This document shows positions 55,631 to 64,000 of a stretch of DNA of 64,000 nucleotides, in pieces. The first letter of the stretch is position 1. The number at the start of each line of letters is the position of its first letter. The notes below the pieces were generated by a model that had not been told where the DNA came from, did not search any database, and saw only the letters and a list, made by a program, of their open reading frames with translations. The position numbers were made by a program, and so were the translations under genes. Source of the stretch: Clostridia bacterium (GTDB taxonomy: Bacteria > Bacillota > Clostridia > UMGS1883 > UMGS1540); assembly GCA_045533905.1 (NCBI GenBank), contig JAZSIR010000021.1, positions 43,283-107,282 of the forward strand. Direction: 5' to 3'.

Positions 55631-57889
55631 TTACTCTTTTGAAGGCTCGTCATCTGTATGCATTTTCATTTCGTAGTACTGTTGTTTTGTGATGAGTACC
55701 TGCCGCGGTTTTGCGCCTTCGTGCGGCCCGATAATGCCGCGTGCTTCCATCTGGTCAATAATGCGGCCGGCGCGGCTATAGCCTACTTTGAGTCTTCTCT
55801 GAATGAAGGAAACGGAAGCTTGTCCGCTTTCTACAACGGTTTCGATGGCTGCGGGGAGAAGCTCGTCGCTATCGCCCGGATCGTCTTCCTCCTCGGTGTC
55901 ACCGCGTTCGAGTTTTTCCATAATCTCCTCGTCATACACGGCTTCCTCCTCGCCCTTTACGAATTCCACAAGGCGTTCCACTTCGCTGTCGGAGATAAAC
56001 GCGCCCTGCAGACGAATCGGTTTTGACGCGCCAAACGGCAAATAGAGCATATCGCCTTTCCCAAGCAAACGCTCCGCGCCCATCATATCGAGAATCGTGC
56101 GGCTATCAATTTGGCTGGCAACAGCAAAGGCAATGCGCGAAGGAATGTTTGCCTTAATAAGGCCCGTGATAACATCCACACTCGGACGCTGGGTAGCGAT
56201 AACAAGGTGAATGCCGGCCGCACGCCCCATCTGCGCGAGGCGGCAAATCGCATCCTCCACCTCGTGGGGCGCCGCCATCATAAGGTCGGCAAGCTCGTCC
56301 ACGATAATGATGATGGATTCCATCGTCTTTTCGCCTTCGCTCACGAGATACTCGTTATAGCCTGCGAGGTTTCTAACATTACTATCCGAGAAAAGCTGGT
56401 AGCGGCGAAGCATTTCTGTAACGGCCCAGTTTAAGGCACCTGCCGCCTTTCGCGGGTCGGTAACTACCGGAATTAAAAGGTGCGGAAGACCGTTATATAC
56501 TTTCAGCTCTACCACTTTCGGGTCAATCATCAAAAGGCGCACATCTTCGGGCGCCGCCTTATAGATAAGGCTTGCAATGAGGGTGTTAATGCAGACGCTC
56601 TTACCCGAGCCCGTGGCACCGGCAATGAGAAGATGCGGCATCTTTGAAAGGTCCGCCACCATCGTCTGCCCGGAAATATCCTTGCCGACAGCAAACGCCG
56701 TTTTGGCTTTGAAATCCCGAAACTCGGGCGTCTCCAGCATTTCGCGAAGCGTTACCGTGGCGGCATTTGCGTTCGGCACCTCAATGCCAACCGCGGCCTT
56801 TCCGGGGATAGGTGCTTCGATACGTACAGCCGTTGCGGCAAGGTTTAAAGCGATATCATCGGCGAGATTTACGATTTTACTAACCTTTACACCGGCGGAA
56901 GGCTGCAGCTCATACCGCGTGATGTTCGGCCCCTTTGTAACTTCTAAAATTTTGGCGCCTACGCCAAAACTTTGGAGCGTTTCCACAAGCTTTTTCGCAT
57001 TTTCGCGGAGGTCCTCCGCCTTTTCGGGGCGGTTTTGCCGCGGCATTGCGAGTAGATCCGTCGAAGGAAATACGTATATGCGCTCCTCCCGTCTTTCCGC
57101 AATTTCCTCTTCAATTTCCGAAACGGCAACGGGCGGGCCGACCTCTTCCTCCTTTTCGGGCGTCTTCGGCGCTTCTTCCGCCGCTTTCTCCTCTTCGGGC
57201 ACATCGTGCACGGAAATCTGGTCGTGCGCAATAATCTTTATTTTCTCAAAATCAAACGGTTCCTCGTCCTCTTTCTTTTCGGCCTTTGCCGGCTTTTTCT
57301 TCTCTTCCGGTGCCGGTGCTTCCTTCCTCACTTCTGCACGCGGCGCCTTCTCGCGCGCGGCAAACTTCGCGCGGACCGCTTCCAGAATATCCGACACGGA
57401 AATGTTCGTAATCCATACGCCTAAAAGAAGCAGAACACCGATTAAAATGACGGCCGAAACGGCTTTCGTGGAAAGCTTTACGAGCGCGGTGGCAAGTACG
57501 CCGCCCAGAAGGCCGCCTGCCATATGGTCATAGTAAAAAGCATCAAAGCTCCACATATGTACGCCGCGGAAAACGTGCACCAAAGAGGAAAGGAGCACAA
57601 GAATAACAAGCGCCAGAATGTAGTTTCTTTTATAGGCCGCGATGTTTCGTTTTATCAGATAATGCACCCCGAACACGACGAGATAGAGAGGCAGCACATA
57701 CCCCATCACGCCAAAGATGCCAAGGCCGAGGCCGTTCACAATTTTACCGAGCGGTGAGATGCGCGCCTCCGTATAAAAGCAAAGGGCCATAATAATGCCG
57801 ACGGCAATGAAAATCATTGCCCACATTTCTCGCGAGGGTGCCTCCTTTTTCGGAACACTCTTTGCGGGAATCCGTTTACGCTGCGCCAT
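55631..57889 (-). CDS. ftsK: DNA translocase FtsK/SpoIIIE
   Basis: 752 aa. N-terminal TM segments, a charged linker, Walker A GATGSGKSVCIN, and a C-terminal gamma domain (SVSFIQRRLKVGYSRAGRIIDQME). Confidence 0.93.
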   Translation of the reverse strand: MAQRKRIPAKSVPKKEAPSREMWAMIFIAVGIIMALCFYTEARISPLGKIVNGLGLGIFGVMGYVLPLYLVVFGVHYLIKRNIAAYKRNYILALVILVLLSSLVHVFRGVHMWSFDAFYYDHMAGGLLGGVLATALVKLSTKAVSAVILIGVLLLLGVWITNISVSDILEAVRAKFAAREKAPRAEVRKEAPAPEEKKKPAKAEKKEDEEPFDFEKIKIIAHDQISVHDVPEEEKAAEEAPKTPEKEEEVGPPVAVSEIEEEIAERREERIYVFPSTDLLAMPRQNRPEKAEDLRENAKKLVETLQSFGVGAKILEVTKGPNITRYELQPSAGVKVSKIVNLADDIALNLAATAVRIEAPIPGKAAVGIEVPNANAATVTLREMLETPEFRDFKAKTAFAVGKDISGQTMVADLSKMPHLLIAGATGSGKSVCINTLIASLIYKAAPEDVRLLMIDPKVVELKVYNGLPHLLIPVVTDPRKAAGALNWAVTEMLRRYQLFSDSNVRNLAGYNEYLVSEGEKTMESIIIIVDELADLMMAAPHEVEDAICRLAQMGRAAGIHLVIATQRPSVDVITGLIKANIPSRIAFAVASQIDSRTILDMMGAERLLGKGDMLYLPFGASKPIRLQGAFISDSEVERLVEFVKGEEEAVYDEEIMEKLERGDTEEEDDPGDSDELLPAAIETVVESGQASVSFIQRRLKVGYSRAGRIIDQMEARGIIGPHEGAKPRQVLITKQQYYEMKMHTDDEPSKE

Positions 57890-57892
57890 AGC

Positions 57893-58717
57893 TTATCCTC
57901 CGAAATACAGAATGAATGACAAAATACCTGCAAAAAGGCAGTAATACGAAAAATAATGGAACTTGCTGTTTTGCACCAGCTTTAAAAGCCAGCGGATGGC
58001 AAAAAAGCCGGAGATGGCCGCCACCGCCATACCAACGAGTGCAGGAAGTACGGCGATTGCCGCCGCCTCACCCGTGATAATATCCAAGACATCCAAAAGC
58101 GCGGCGCCGAGGATTGCGGGAATGGAAAGGATAAAAGAAAACTTTACTGCAAATTCCCGCGTGTAGCCTGCCGTGCGCGCACCCACAATGGTAGAGCCCG
58201 AACGGCTGATGCCGGGCAGAATCGCAAAGCCCTGGAAAAGACCAACTAAAAACGCGGACGGGAGAGATGCTGTCTCCATCGTCTTACCCCCTTCGGGGAG
58301 CCTGTCGGAAATCCAGAGAAGAATCGCCGTTACAAAAAGGGCGATGCCGATGGCAAAAAGCGGAAGCGTGCTGATAGCGTCTTTGAAGAAAACGCCCACA
58401 ATGCCCGCGGGAATACTGCCGATAATGACCATCAGGACAAAGCGGCGGTACGGCGACTTGAAATCAGGCTTCCCGCGAAGGACATCCCACACCATCAGGA
58501 AAAACTCACGGATAAGGGCCCAGATATCTTTGTAGTACACAAGGAACACGGCGAAAAGCGTGCCCACGTGCAGAAGAATGTCAAGCGTGAGCGTGGTGGT
58601 AAGCGCGTCTGCCCCGAGAATTTCTTTGAAAATGGCAAGATGCCCGGAGCTGGAAACCGGCAAAAACTCCGTAAGCCCCTGCACGAGACCTAAGATCGCG
58701 GACTGTAAATATTCCAA
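57893..58717 (-). CDS. uppP: undecaprenyl-diphosphate phosphatase
   Basis: 274 aa. Motifs LTEFLPVSSSGHL and PGISRSG. Confidence 0.93.
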   Translation of the reverse strand: MEYLQSAILGLVQGLTEFLPVSSSGHLAIFKEILGADALTTTLTLDILLHVGTLFAVFLVYYKDIWALIREFFLMVWDVLRGKPDFKSPYRRFVLMVIIGSIPAGIVGVFFKDAISTLPLFAIGIALFVTAILLWISDRLPEGGKTMETASLPSAFLVGLFQGFAILPGISRSGSTIVGARTAGYTREFAVKFSFILSIPAILGAALLDVLDIITGEAAAIAVLPALVGMAVAAISGFFAIRWLLKLVQNSKFHYFSYYCLFAGILSFILYFGG

Positions 58718-58799
58718 ATGCGTCGCCTCCTGTTTTTTTCATATCATTATAAGTATAGCACAGACCGGATAAAAATGCCAGTCTTTTTTTGCAAATGAA

Positions 58800-58830
58800 A
58801 AAGCTGTCACCCGAAAAAGATGACAGCTTT
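58800..58830 (-). terminator. terminator of the NlpC/P60 gene
   Basis: AAAGCTGTCA-(11 nt)-TGACAGCTTT. A T run follows on the minus strand. Confidence 0.55.
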
Positions 58831-58833
58831 ACC

Positions 58834-59535
58834 CTATTCGAAAATTCTTCTCGCCGTTACGAAGGTTCCTGCATAATAGCCCGACTGCAGTGTGGTGATT
58901 TTGACCACATCCCCCGTCTGCGGGGCGTGGATAAAGTTACCGTCTCCCACATAGATGCCTACGTGGTTAATACGGGTGTATTTACTCGTGTTGTGGAAGA
59001 ATACAATGTCACCGGGTTTTAGGTTTTCGCGCGTTACCGGTATGCCGTGCGCCGTCTGGTCCGCCGCAACGCGATTTAAGGAAACACCGAGCTCGCGGAA
59101 CACATACTGCACAAGACCGCTGCAGTCAAACCCTGCGGGCGTGGAGCCGCCATATACATACGGAATGCCGAGGTATTTTGAAGCGGTGGCCACAACAAGC
59201 TGCCCCTTCTCCGTGCCCTCTGCCGTCTGGATGGACATATCTGCCGTTTTATCGTACACTACGGGCGTGCCGGCGCGGCTGTCGGCCACATAGTCGGCGT
59301 GCACATACCCGATGCCGCCTTCAAACTCAATCTTAAACCATTCGCCGCCGGTTTTCGTAATAATATTCATTTTCTGGCCGCTATAAAGCTGCCCCATAAC
59401 GCCTGCATCCATAGAAGGCGCCACGCGCACATTAAGTGATGTGGCATCCACCGCGCCAACGGCATTCGTATCTGCCGAAGCCGCCAGAGGGATGAGAAGC
59501 AGAGCTAAAATGCAAAAAGCAAGTTTTTTCTTCAA
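58834..59535 (-). CDS. secreted SH3b plus NlpC/P60 cell-wall endopeptidase
   Basis: 233 aa. Signal peptide, SH3 region (LNVRVAPSMDAGVMGQL), and GIPYVYGG...FDCSGLVQYVF. Confidence 0.88.
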   Translation of the reverse strand: MKKKLAFCILALLLIPLAASADTNAVGAVDATSLNVRVAPSMDAGVMGQLYSGQKMNIITKTGGEWFKIEFEGGIGYVHADYVADSRAGTPVVYDKTADMSIQTAEGTEKGQLVVATASKYLGIPYVYGGSTPAGFDCSGLVQYVFRELGVSLNRVAADQTAHGIPVTRENLKPGDIVFFHNTSKYTRINHVGIYVGDGNFIHAPQTGDVVKITTLQSGYYAGTFVTARRIFE

Positions 59536-59552
59536 CGTATATCTCTCCTACG

Positions 59553-60092
59553 TTAGATTTCGTACACTGCACGGCTGCCGCCGATAAATTTCGGGCGTGT
59601 TTTTGCAAAGGTTACGTGCGCCTCGCCAATCTTCGAAACGGGAAGTCTTACAGGCACCGCCACGTGGCGAAGGTGCATCCCGATAAACGTATCGCCGATA
59701 TCCATACCGGCGTGGCAACGTGCAAATTCTACCGCAACAGCATCGGGGATTCTCTTGTATGCCGCCGTGGCTGCGCTGCCGCCTGCCTTCGGCCGGGGGA
59801 TTACAGAAACGATTTCAAAGCCGTATTTTTCCGCCGCTTCTCTTGAGAGAATTACGGCGCGGTTTAAGTGCTCACAGCACCCCACCGCGAGATAGACCCC
59901 GAGCGGCTCCAAAACGGAAAGCGCCGCGGAAATTATGGCATCGCCCACATCCGGCACCGAGCCTTTTCCGATTTTCTCGCCCACAACCTCACTCGTGCTG
60001 CAGCCGAGAATCACAATTTCACCTTTTTGTATATTGGCCTCTTTTGTGAGCGCTTCCAACGCGGTCACAACAGCCTTTTTAATCTCTTCCAT
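59553..60092 (-). CDS. UPF0340/TIGR01440-family protein (YwlG-like)
   Basis: Start at ATG 60090-60092 after GGAGG. Motifs ILGCSTSEV and AVGCCEHLNRA. Confidence 0.7.
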   Translation of the reverse strand: MEEIKKAVVTALEALTKEANIQKGEIVILGCSTSEVVGEKIGKGSVPDVGDAIISAALSVLEPLGVYLAVGCCEHLNRAVILSREAAEKYGFEIVSVIPRPKAGGSAATAAYKRIPDAVAVEFARCHAGMDIGDTFIGMHLRHVAVPVRLPVSKIGEAHVTFAKTRPKFIGGSRAVYEI

Positions 60093-60180
60093 TTTTGCCT
60101 CCACAAGGTTTGTTATCTTTTAGTATACGCGTTTTTCCGCCATTTGTCAAGTCCGCCCCCAAAAAAGCGGCAAAACCCGA

Positions 60181-60209
60181 TTGACAACGCCGCATTTTTA
60201 GGGTATACT
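60181..60209 (+). promoter_or_regulatory. near-consensus sigma-A promoter (TTGACA-17-TATACT) driving the tRNA-Arg transcript
   Basis: TTGACA at 60181-60186, a 17-nt spacer, and TATACT at 60204-60209. Confidence 0.55.
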
Positions 60210-60218
60210 ATCGGTATG

Positions 60219-60241
60219 CCCTCTTAGTTAAGTGGATATAC
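60219..60241 (+). repeat. exact 23-nt duplicate of the tRNA-Arg 5' portion (acceptor 5' strand plus most of the D arm)
   Basis: GCCCTCTTAGTTAAGTGGATATA is identical to 60395-60417. It diverges afterwards and cannot close a D stem. Confidence 0.8.
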
Positions 60242-60394
60242 GAACCGCACGCCGTTTCCAAAATCACAGATTTTGACGGCTGGGCGAACCGTGTTATTCG
60301 CTTCGCTCATAATAACAAGCCTCCATTGCACTTAGGAGGGGCTTGTTTTGGTTCTTCTTGCCCTCTGCAGAAAAACTTAAATATACGCATATTC

Positions 60395-60469
60395 GCCCTC
60401 TTAGTTAAGTGGATATAACAAGCCCCTCCTAAGGGCTAGTCACGCGTTCGACTCGCGTAGAGGGTGCCA
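60395..60469 (+). tRNA. tRNA-Arg (anticodon CCT)
   Basis: Hand-folded cloverleaf: 7-bp acceptor stem (G1:U71 wobble), D stem GTTA/TAAC, anticodon stem AGCCC/GGGCT with loop CT-CCT-AA, T stem ACGCG/CGCGT with loop TTCGACT, and an encoded CCA. Confidence 0.85.
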
Positions 60470-60472
60470 ACA

Positions 60473-60503
60473 AAAAAGACTTGCCGGAAGGCAAGTCTTT
60501 TTC
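60473..60503. terminator. bidirectional terminator after the tRNA-Arg gene and the convergent GH43 gene
   Basis: AAAAAAGACTTGCC-GGAA-GGCAAGTCTTTTT. Confidence 0.7.
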
Positions 60504-60511
60504 TATCTCTC

Positions 60512-61405
60512 TTATCTTTCGGGTTTTCCGAAAACGGGCAAATCGTCCTCGTCCCAGAAAATTTCCTGCGCCCACACACTTCTCCCGTGCCAGCCGGAGC
60601 CGGACTCGAGATTCGCGTGGTATACGATATAGTCTGCCTCCCGCCCATCCTCTGTAACCGTTGTAAAGGAGCAGTGCCCGGGGCCGAAAATATCTTCCGT
60701 TTTTTCGAAAAAAGCGCGGTTATGCTTCGTCCAGTTCTGCATATCCGAAATATCACCGCCGCAAAACGTCATAACGCCGAGGCAGTATTCGTCATACCGG
60801 CTGTCGTTCGCGCTGAACACAAGATGGATTTTCCCGTTATGCCGTAGGATTGCGGGGCCCTCATTTACAAGCCCTTCCCGTGTTTCAAAAGGAAGCTCGG
60901 GCTTCATAACGGAAATAAACGGCTTTTCGATGCTATCAGGGGACGACATTTTCGCCATAAACATTTCCTTGCACTTCGTCCATATAAACCACCGGTTGCC
61001 CTCGTGTTCCAAAAGGGTGCCGTCGATGCTCCATTCGCCTTCAAGCCCCTTTATAATACCGAGGCTTTGGAAGGGGCCGAAAGGGTCCTCCCCCTTTCTT
61101 TCAAGCACACACATCGTGTGAAGCCGTTCCCCGTCCACAAGGGGCGCGGCGTAAATGTACCAGTTTCCGTCCAGAAGATGGAGCTCCGGTGCAAACCAGG
61201 CCGTGTACCCTGCGGCATCCGGCACGGTATATACGCGGCACTTCTCGCCTTCACCGATTTCCCAGAGGTTCTTTGCCCGCGCGAGATACACACCGTCTCC
61301 CGCCTCGTAGCAGTGGTAATAATAGCCGCCGTATCTTGTCACGTGCGGATCGGCCGTGCGGCCGCCTCTTTCGGTCTGAATAATGGGGTTTTTGAAGCTT
61401 CGCAT
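60512..61405 (-). CDS. GH43-family glycoside hydrolase
   Basis: Start moved to ATG 61403-61405 with RBS AAAGGAG. MRSFKNPIIQTERGGRTADPHVTRYGGYYYHCY..., WFAPELH and GPGHCSF. Confidence 0.75.
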   Translation of the reverse strand: MRSFKNPIIQTERGGRTADPHVTRYGGYYYHCYEAGDGVYLARAKNLWEIGEGEKCRVYTVPDAAGYTAWFAPELHLLDGNWYIYAAPLVDGERLHTMCVLERKGEDPFGPFQSLGIIKGLEGEWSIDGTLLEHEGNRWFIWTKCKEMFMAKMSSPDSIEKPFISVMKPELPFETREGLVNEGPAILRHNGKIHLVFSANDSRYDEYCLGVMTFCGGDISDMQNWTKHNRAFFEKTEDIFGPGHCSFTTVTEDGREADYIVYHANLESGSGWHGRSVWAQEIFWDEDDLPVFGKPER

Positions 61406-61523
61406 CCACGACACTCCTTTCTTCGGCTTTATTATAGCATACCGCTTTGTAAAAAGCAATAGAAAGACGCAAAAACAGCATCGAAAGCTTTCGATGCTGT
61501 TTTTGCTTTTGATTGACGGAATG

Positions 61524-62297
61524 TCAAACCTTGTACGGCTCGAGTTTTTGGGGAAAGAGACGCAGCGCATTATCACGGAGGATATTGACCTTATCCTTTT
61601 CCGAGATTCTAGCATACACTATGCGACCATATTGAGACGCGGAGGAATATGTGTCCGTGCCGAAAAGAATCTTTTCGGACCCGAGCTTTTCTGTAGCATA
61701 TTCAATGATATTGTTCGAAAAGCTGCCACTGCCGGACGTGTCGACATAGATATTTTTATGCTTCGCCCCAAGCGCTGCATCTACATGCCCCTTGCCGTAT
61801 ACATGGGCAATTATCAATTTCATTTTGGGGTACTTATCGGCAAGCTCTGCAAGGGAATCGAGACACTGCGGATGCATGACCACCGCAGCCTCCTTCTCAT
61901 TTGCATACCCGAAAATTTTGTCCCCATAGGCACGGATATCGTACCCGTGTGCGCCGGGATGAATCTTAATCCCGAGGCACTTTTCAGAAGAAAGCATTTT
62001 GTCTGCCTGTAAAAACGTATCGTCCTGCCGTGGCTCGATCACCACCCATTGGTACACACGCGGATTTTCTTTCGAGAGTGCATACATATAGTCATTCTCC
62101 GCACACACCACGCGGTCGGAAATTACGCCGGCAAACGTCGAAAACGCGCCGCAGGCGATATTGCAGGCATCGTATTCCCGAAGAAGGAAGTCGAGCGTGC
62201 AGTTATACGATTCTTCGCGCCCCGCCATGCTTGTATCAAACGGCGAGCCGTGGTTTATATGGGTATGAATATCAATTGCTTTTACAGTTTCGAGCAT
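61524..62297 (-). CDS. amidohydrolase-superfamily metal-dependent hydrolase (TIM barrel)
   Basis: 257 aa. The N-terminal IDIHTHINHG metal-binding motif. Confidence 0.7.
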   Translation of the reverse strand: MLETVKAIDIHTHINHGSPFDTSMAGREESYNCTLDFLLREYDACNIACGAFSTFAGVISDRVVCAENDYMYALSKENPRVYQWVVIEPRQDDTFLQADKMLSSEKCLGIKIHPGAHGYDIRAYGDKIFGYANEKEAAVVMHPQCLDSLAELADKYPKMKLIIAHVYGKGHVDAALGAKHKNIYVDTSGSGSFSNNIIEYATEKLGSEKILFGTDTYSSASQYGRIVYARISEKDKVNILRDNALRLFPQKLEPYKV

Positions 62298-62307
62298 TTC
62301 TTACTCC

Positions 62308-63270
62308 TTATTTTTTACGGATGGTAAAGCGTGTGCCGCCATCCTCTGTGTAGTATTCCATATCGAAATCGAAGCCTGCTTCTTCTGCCGCGGTGCGGTA
62401 CACCGTTCTCGTTTCCTCCACGTAGTGCTTCGTGGGCTCCTGATGGAGTGAGCGCATGTAGGCTACTACAGGGCACTTCGAAATGGTTACCGTGAGCTTG
62501 TCATCCGTAAGCTCGGTTGTTAAAACGTCGGAAGCTTCTTCCACTTCGTATGTCTTTTCAATCCACTCTTTGAAAGCTACAAGGCCGCGTGCCTTTATAT
62601 CTTCAATCTGCGGCGCATAGAATTTCTTGGTGAAATTCGTAAGAAAAAGCACAACCTCTTCGTCACCAAACTGCTCACCGCAGTAGCGAAGGGCAAGGTC
62701 GCCGGAAACGTGGAAGTCGCGGTGGAGGTACTTATTGTCCTCCGGCTTCAAATCCTCCACGATCTTCGTGTCGTCAATGCGCATAGCAGATTCCTTGTCT
62801 ATACCGGTTTTGATATCGTATAGGAAGGACGAGCACTCTGCATTGTCGATTTTAGAAAGGTCCATCTCATGCATGATGCCGTATCGATCCAGAATGTGCT
62901 GGTAAATGATATCGCAATGGCCGCAGTAGTCATAATACGGTTCGATATGCTTTAAAGCATTCAGTCTGCCGCGCGAAGGGCAGTGGCGCATATGGCTATA
63001 CGTGCATTTATTCTTGAGGTCATGCACCTTCAACACATCGCTCGCTTCTTCTGCCAATGTATGCTGCCAGTACTTTACTGCGCCGTAGTACGCATCGCCT
63101 TCTTTTTCTCTTTCTACAAAGGAAATGAGGCTATTCGGGTTCGTTTTGTCACCGATGCCGTTATCGGCAATGTAGTACCAGTATTTGAGTACGGCATCAT
63201 GGCCGCCCTTTTCATCCAAAAACCAGAAGAATTCACTATAAAGCGGGATAAACTCTGTGCAAGAAATCAT
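62308..63270 (-). CDS. hypothetical protein (His/Cys-rich segment, family not recognised)
   Basis: 320-aa ORF with backbone-like composition, tightly packed in an operon. Contains HMRHCPSRG...YDYCGHCDIIY. Confidence 0.5.
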   Translation of the reverse strand: MISCTEFIPLYSEFFWFLDEKGGHDAVLKYWYYIADNGIGDKTNPNSLISFVEREKEGDAYYGAVKYWQHTLAEEASDVLKVHDLKNKCTYSHMRHCPSRGRLNALKHIEPYYDYCGHCDIIYQHILDRYGIMHEMDLSKIDNAECSSFLYDIKTGIDKESAMRIDDTKIVEDLKPEDNKYLHRDFHVSGDLALRYCGEQFGDEEVVLFLTNFTKKFYAPQIEDIKARGLVAFKEWIEKTYEVEEASDVLTTELTDDKLTVTISKCPVVAYMRSLHQEPTKHYVEETRTVYRTAAEEAGFDFDMEYYTEDGGTRFTIRKK

Positions 63271-63282
63271 CGTTTTTCCTCC

Positions 63283-64000
63283 TTAAAGTTCGCCAATTTT
63301 CTTCATAAAGTTCGTAATAGCTTCTACTTCGCCGGGCAGAGGCGGCAAAACATGGTAGCCTTTATGGTACTCGCCGGAAAGCCCGAGGAGATTCATGGCG
63401 ATTGTATATCCCGGCCAGAGGCCGTTTTGGAACATAAGGTCGCGAAGGTCTAAAATATTATCGAGTGCGATGCGGCAACCCTCAATGTCCCCTGCCTTTT
63501 GGCAGCGTACAAATTCGGCTGCGTTTTTCGGCGTGCAGGTGAACATACCGTCAAGGAAATTCGGAATGCCATATGCCGCGCCGACATCAAAAACATCCAG
63601 GTTCGAGTAAAATACAGCGAAGTCCGGATAATCGCGGAGAATTTTGCGAACGAGAACGGTGTCGGGCGTCTTCATACCCTTGATATTCGGATGCTTTACA
63701 AGCTCCTCGACCATCGGCCACGTAATCTTATTCTGTGTTACGCCCGGAAGGTCATAAAGATATACGGGCTTCGGCGAAATATCGGCTACTGCGCGGAAGA
63801 AGGATAAAAGTGCGCCGTCCGACTCTTTGCCGTAAAACGGAGCTGTCACTACAACGCCGTCGAAGTCAAGGTCGCCTATCATATCGAGGCGTTCCTTTAC
63901 GCGGTATACAGACGGGTCCATAACGCCGATAAAAAGCGGAACGCGGCCGGCCACTGCCTTTACCGCAACTTCTGCGGTTTTCTTGTATGTTTCTTTGGAA
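63283..64000 (-). CDS. DapA/N-acetylneuraminate-lyase family aldolase, C-terminal ~238 codons (the N-terminus lies beyond the right edge)
   Basis: The frame stays open to position 64000 (…KETYKKTAEVAVKAVAGRVPLFIGVMD...). The GRVP.IaGv and TAPFY segments are typical of the DHDPS family. Confidence 0.65.
   Translation of the reverse strand, partial: SKETYKKTAEVAVKAVAGRVPLFIGVMDPSVYRVKERLDMIGDLDFDGVVVTAPFYGKESDGALLSFFRAVADISPKPVYLYDLPGVTQNKITWPMVEELVKHPNIKGMKTPDTVLVRKILRDYPDFAVFYSNLDVFDVGAAYGIPNFLDGMFTCTPKNAAEFVRCQKAGDIEGCRIALDNILDLRDLMFQNGLWPGYTIAMNLLGLSGEYHKGYHVLPPLPGEVEAITNFMKKIGEL

Noticed and set aside
56577-57533. 318-aa plus-strand ORF
   Set aside because: It is antisense to ftsK. The translation is a Ser/Ala/Phe-rich low-complexity sequence.

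Overview
This is a 64-kb chromosomal window from a spore-forming Firmicute, probably a Clostridia-type organism. The backbone looks GC-rich by eye.

Backbone genes: a minus-strand glycogen operon (glgB-glgC-glgD-glgA plus the first 40 codons of glgP), GH13 and GH43 hydrolases, spoIVB, a MATE pump, a lone type IIA topoisomerase B subunit, and a 1008-aa SLH-domain surface protein. These are followed by hit, alaS, dut, tyrS, mtnN, ybaK, a type III glutamine synthetase, typA, and a complete his operon (hisZGDCBHAF-IE plus a PHP histidinol phosphatase). After a small SLOG+XRE module come ftsK, uppP, an NlpC/P60 hydrolase, tRNA-Arg(CCU), and a GH43/amidohydrolase/DapA-like cluster that runs off the right edge.

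Main finding: a visibly AT-rich island (about 11.3-26.65 kb, possibly starting near 9.1 kb) sits at the 3' end of spoIVB.
- It contains four modules of 3.3-4.3 kb, and possibly a fifth.
- Each module carries its own regulator (AraC type; DeoR in the candidate fifth) plus sugar-active or glycyl-radical enzyme cargo.
- Each module is bounded by a direct repeat that copies the last ~43 codons of spoIVB. Each copy starts at the SGSP active-site codons and keeps an open frame and a stop codon.
- Each repeat abuts a conserved 7-7-7 inverted repeat, TGTTGTC-N7-GACAACA.
- The live spoIVB gene looks chimeric, with an AT-rich 3' end from the same family.
- No integrase, transposase or phage gene is visible in the island or next to it.

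I read this as serial, gene-end-restoring integration of recombinase-less, self-regulated metabolic cassettes at spoIVB. It is integron-like or satellite-like, and I cannot match it to a described system.

Secondary observations: an unusually short glycyl-radical enzyme, a SLOG/XRE pair flanked by inverted copies of one hairpin, dispersed intergenic repeats, and a partial 5'-half duplication in the tRNA-Arg leader.

All coordinates, translations and alignments were done by hand from the sequence. No database search was run.
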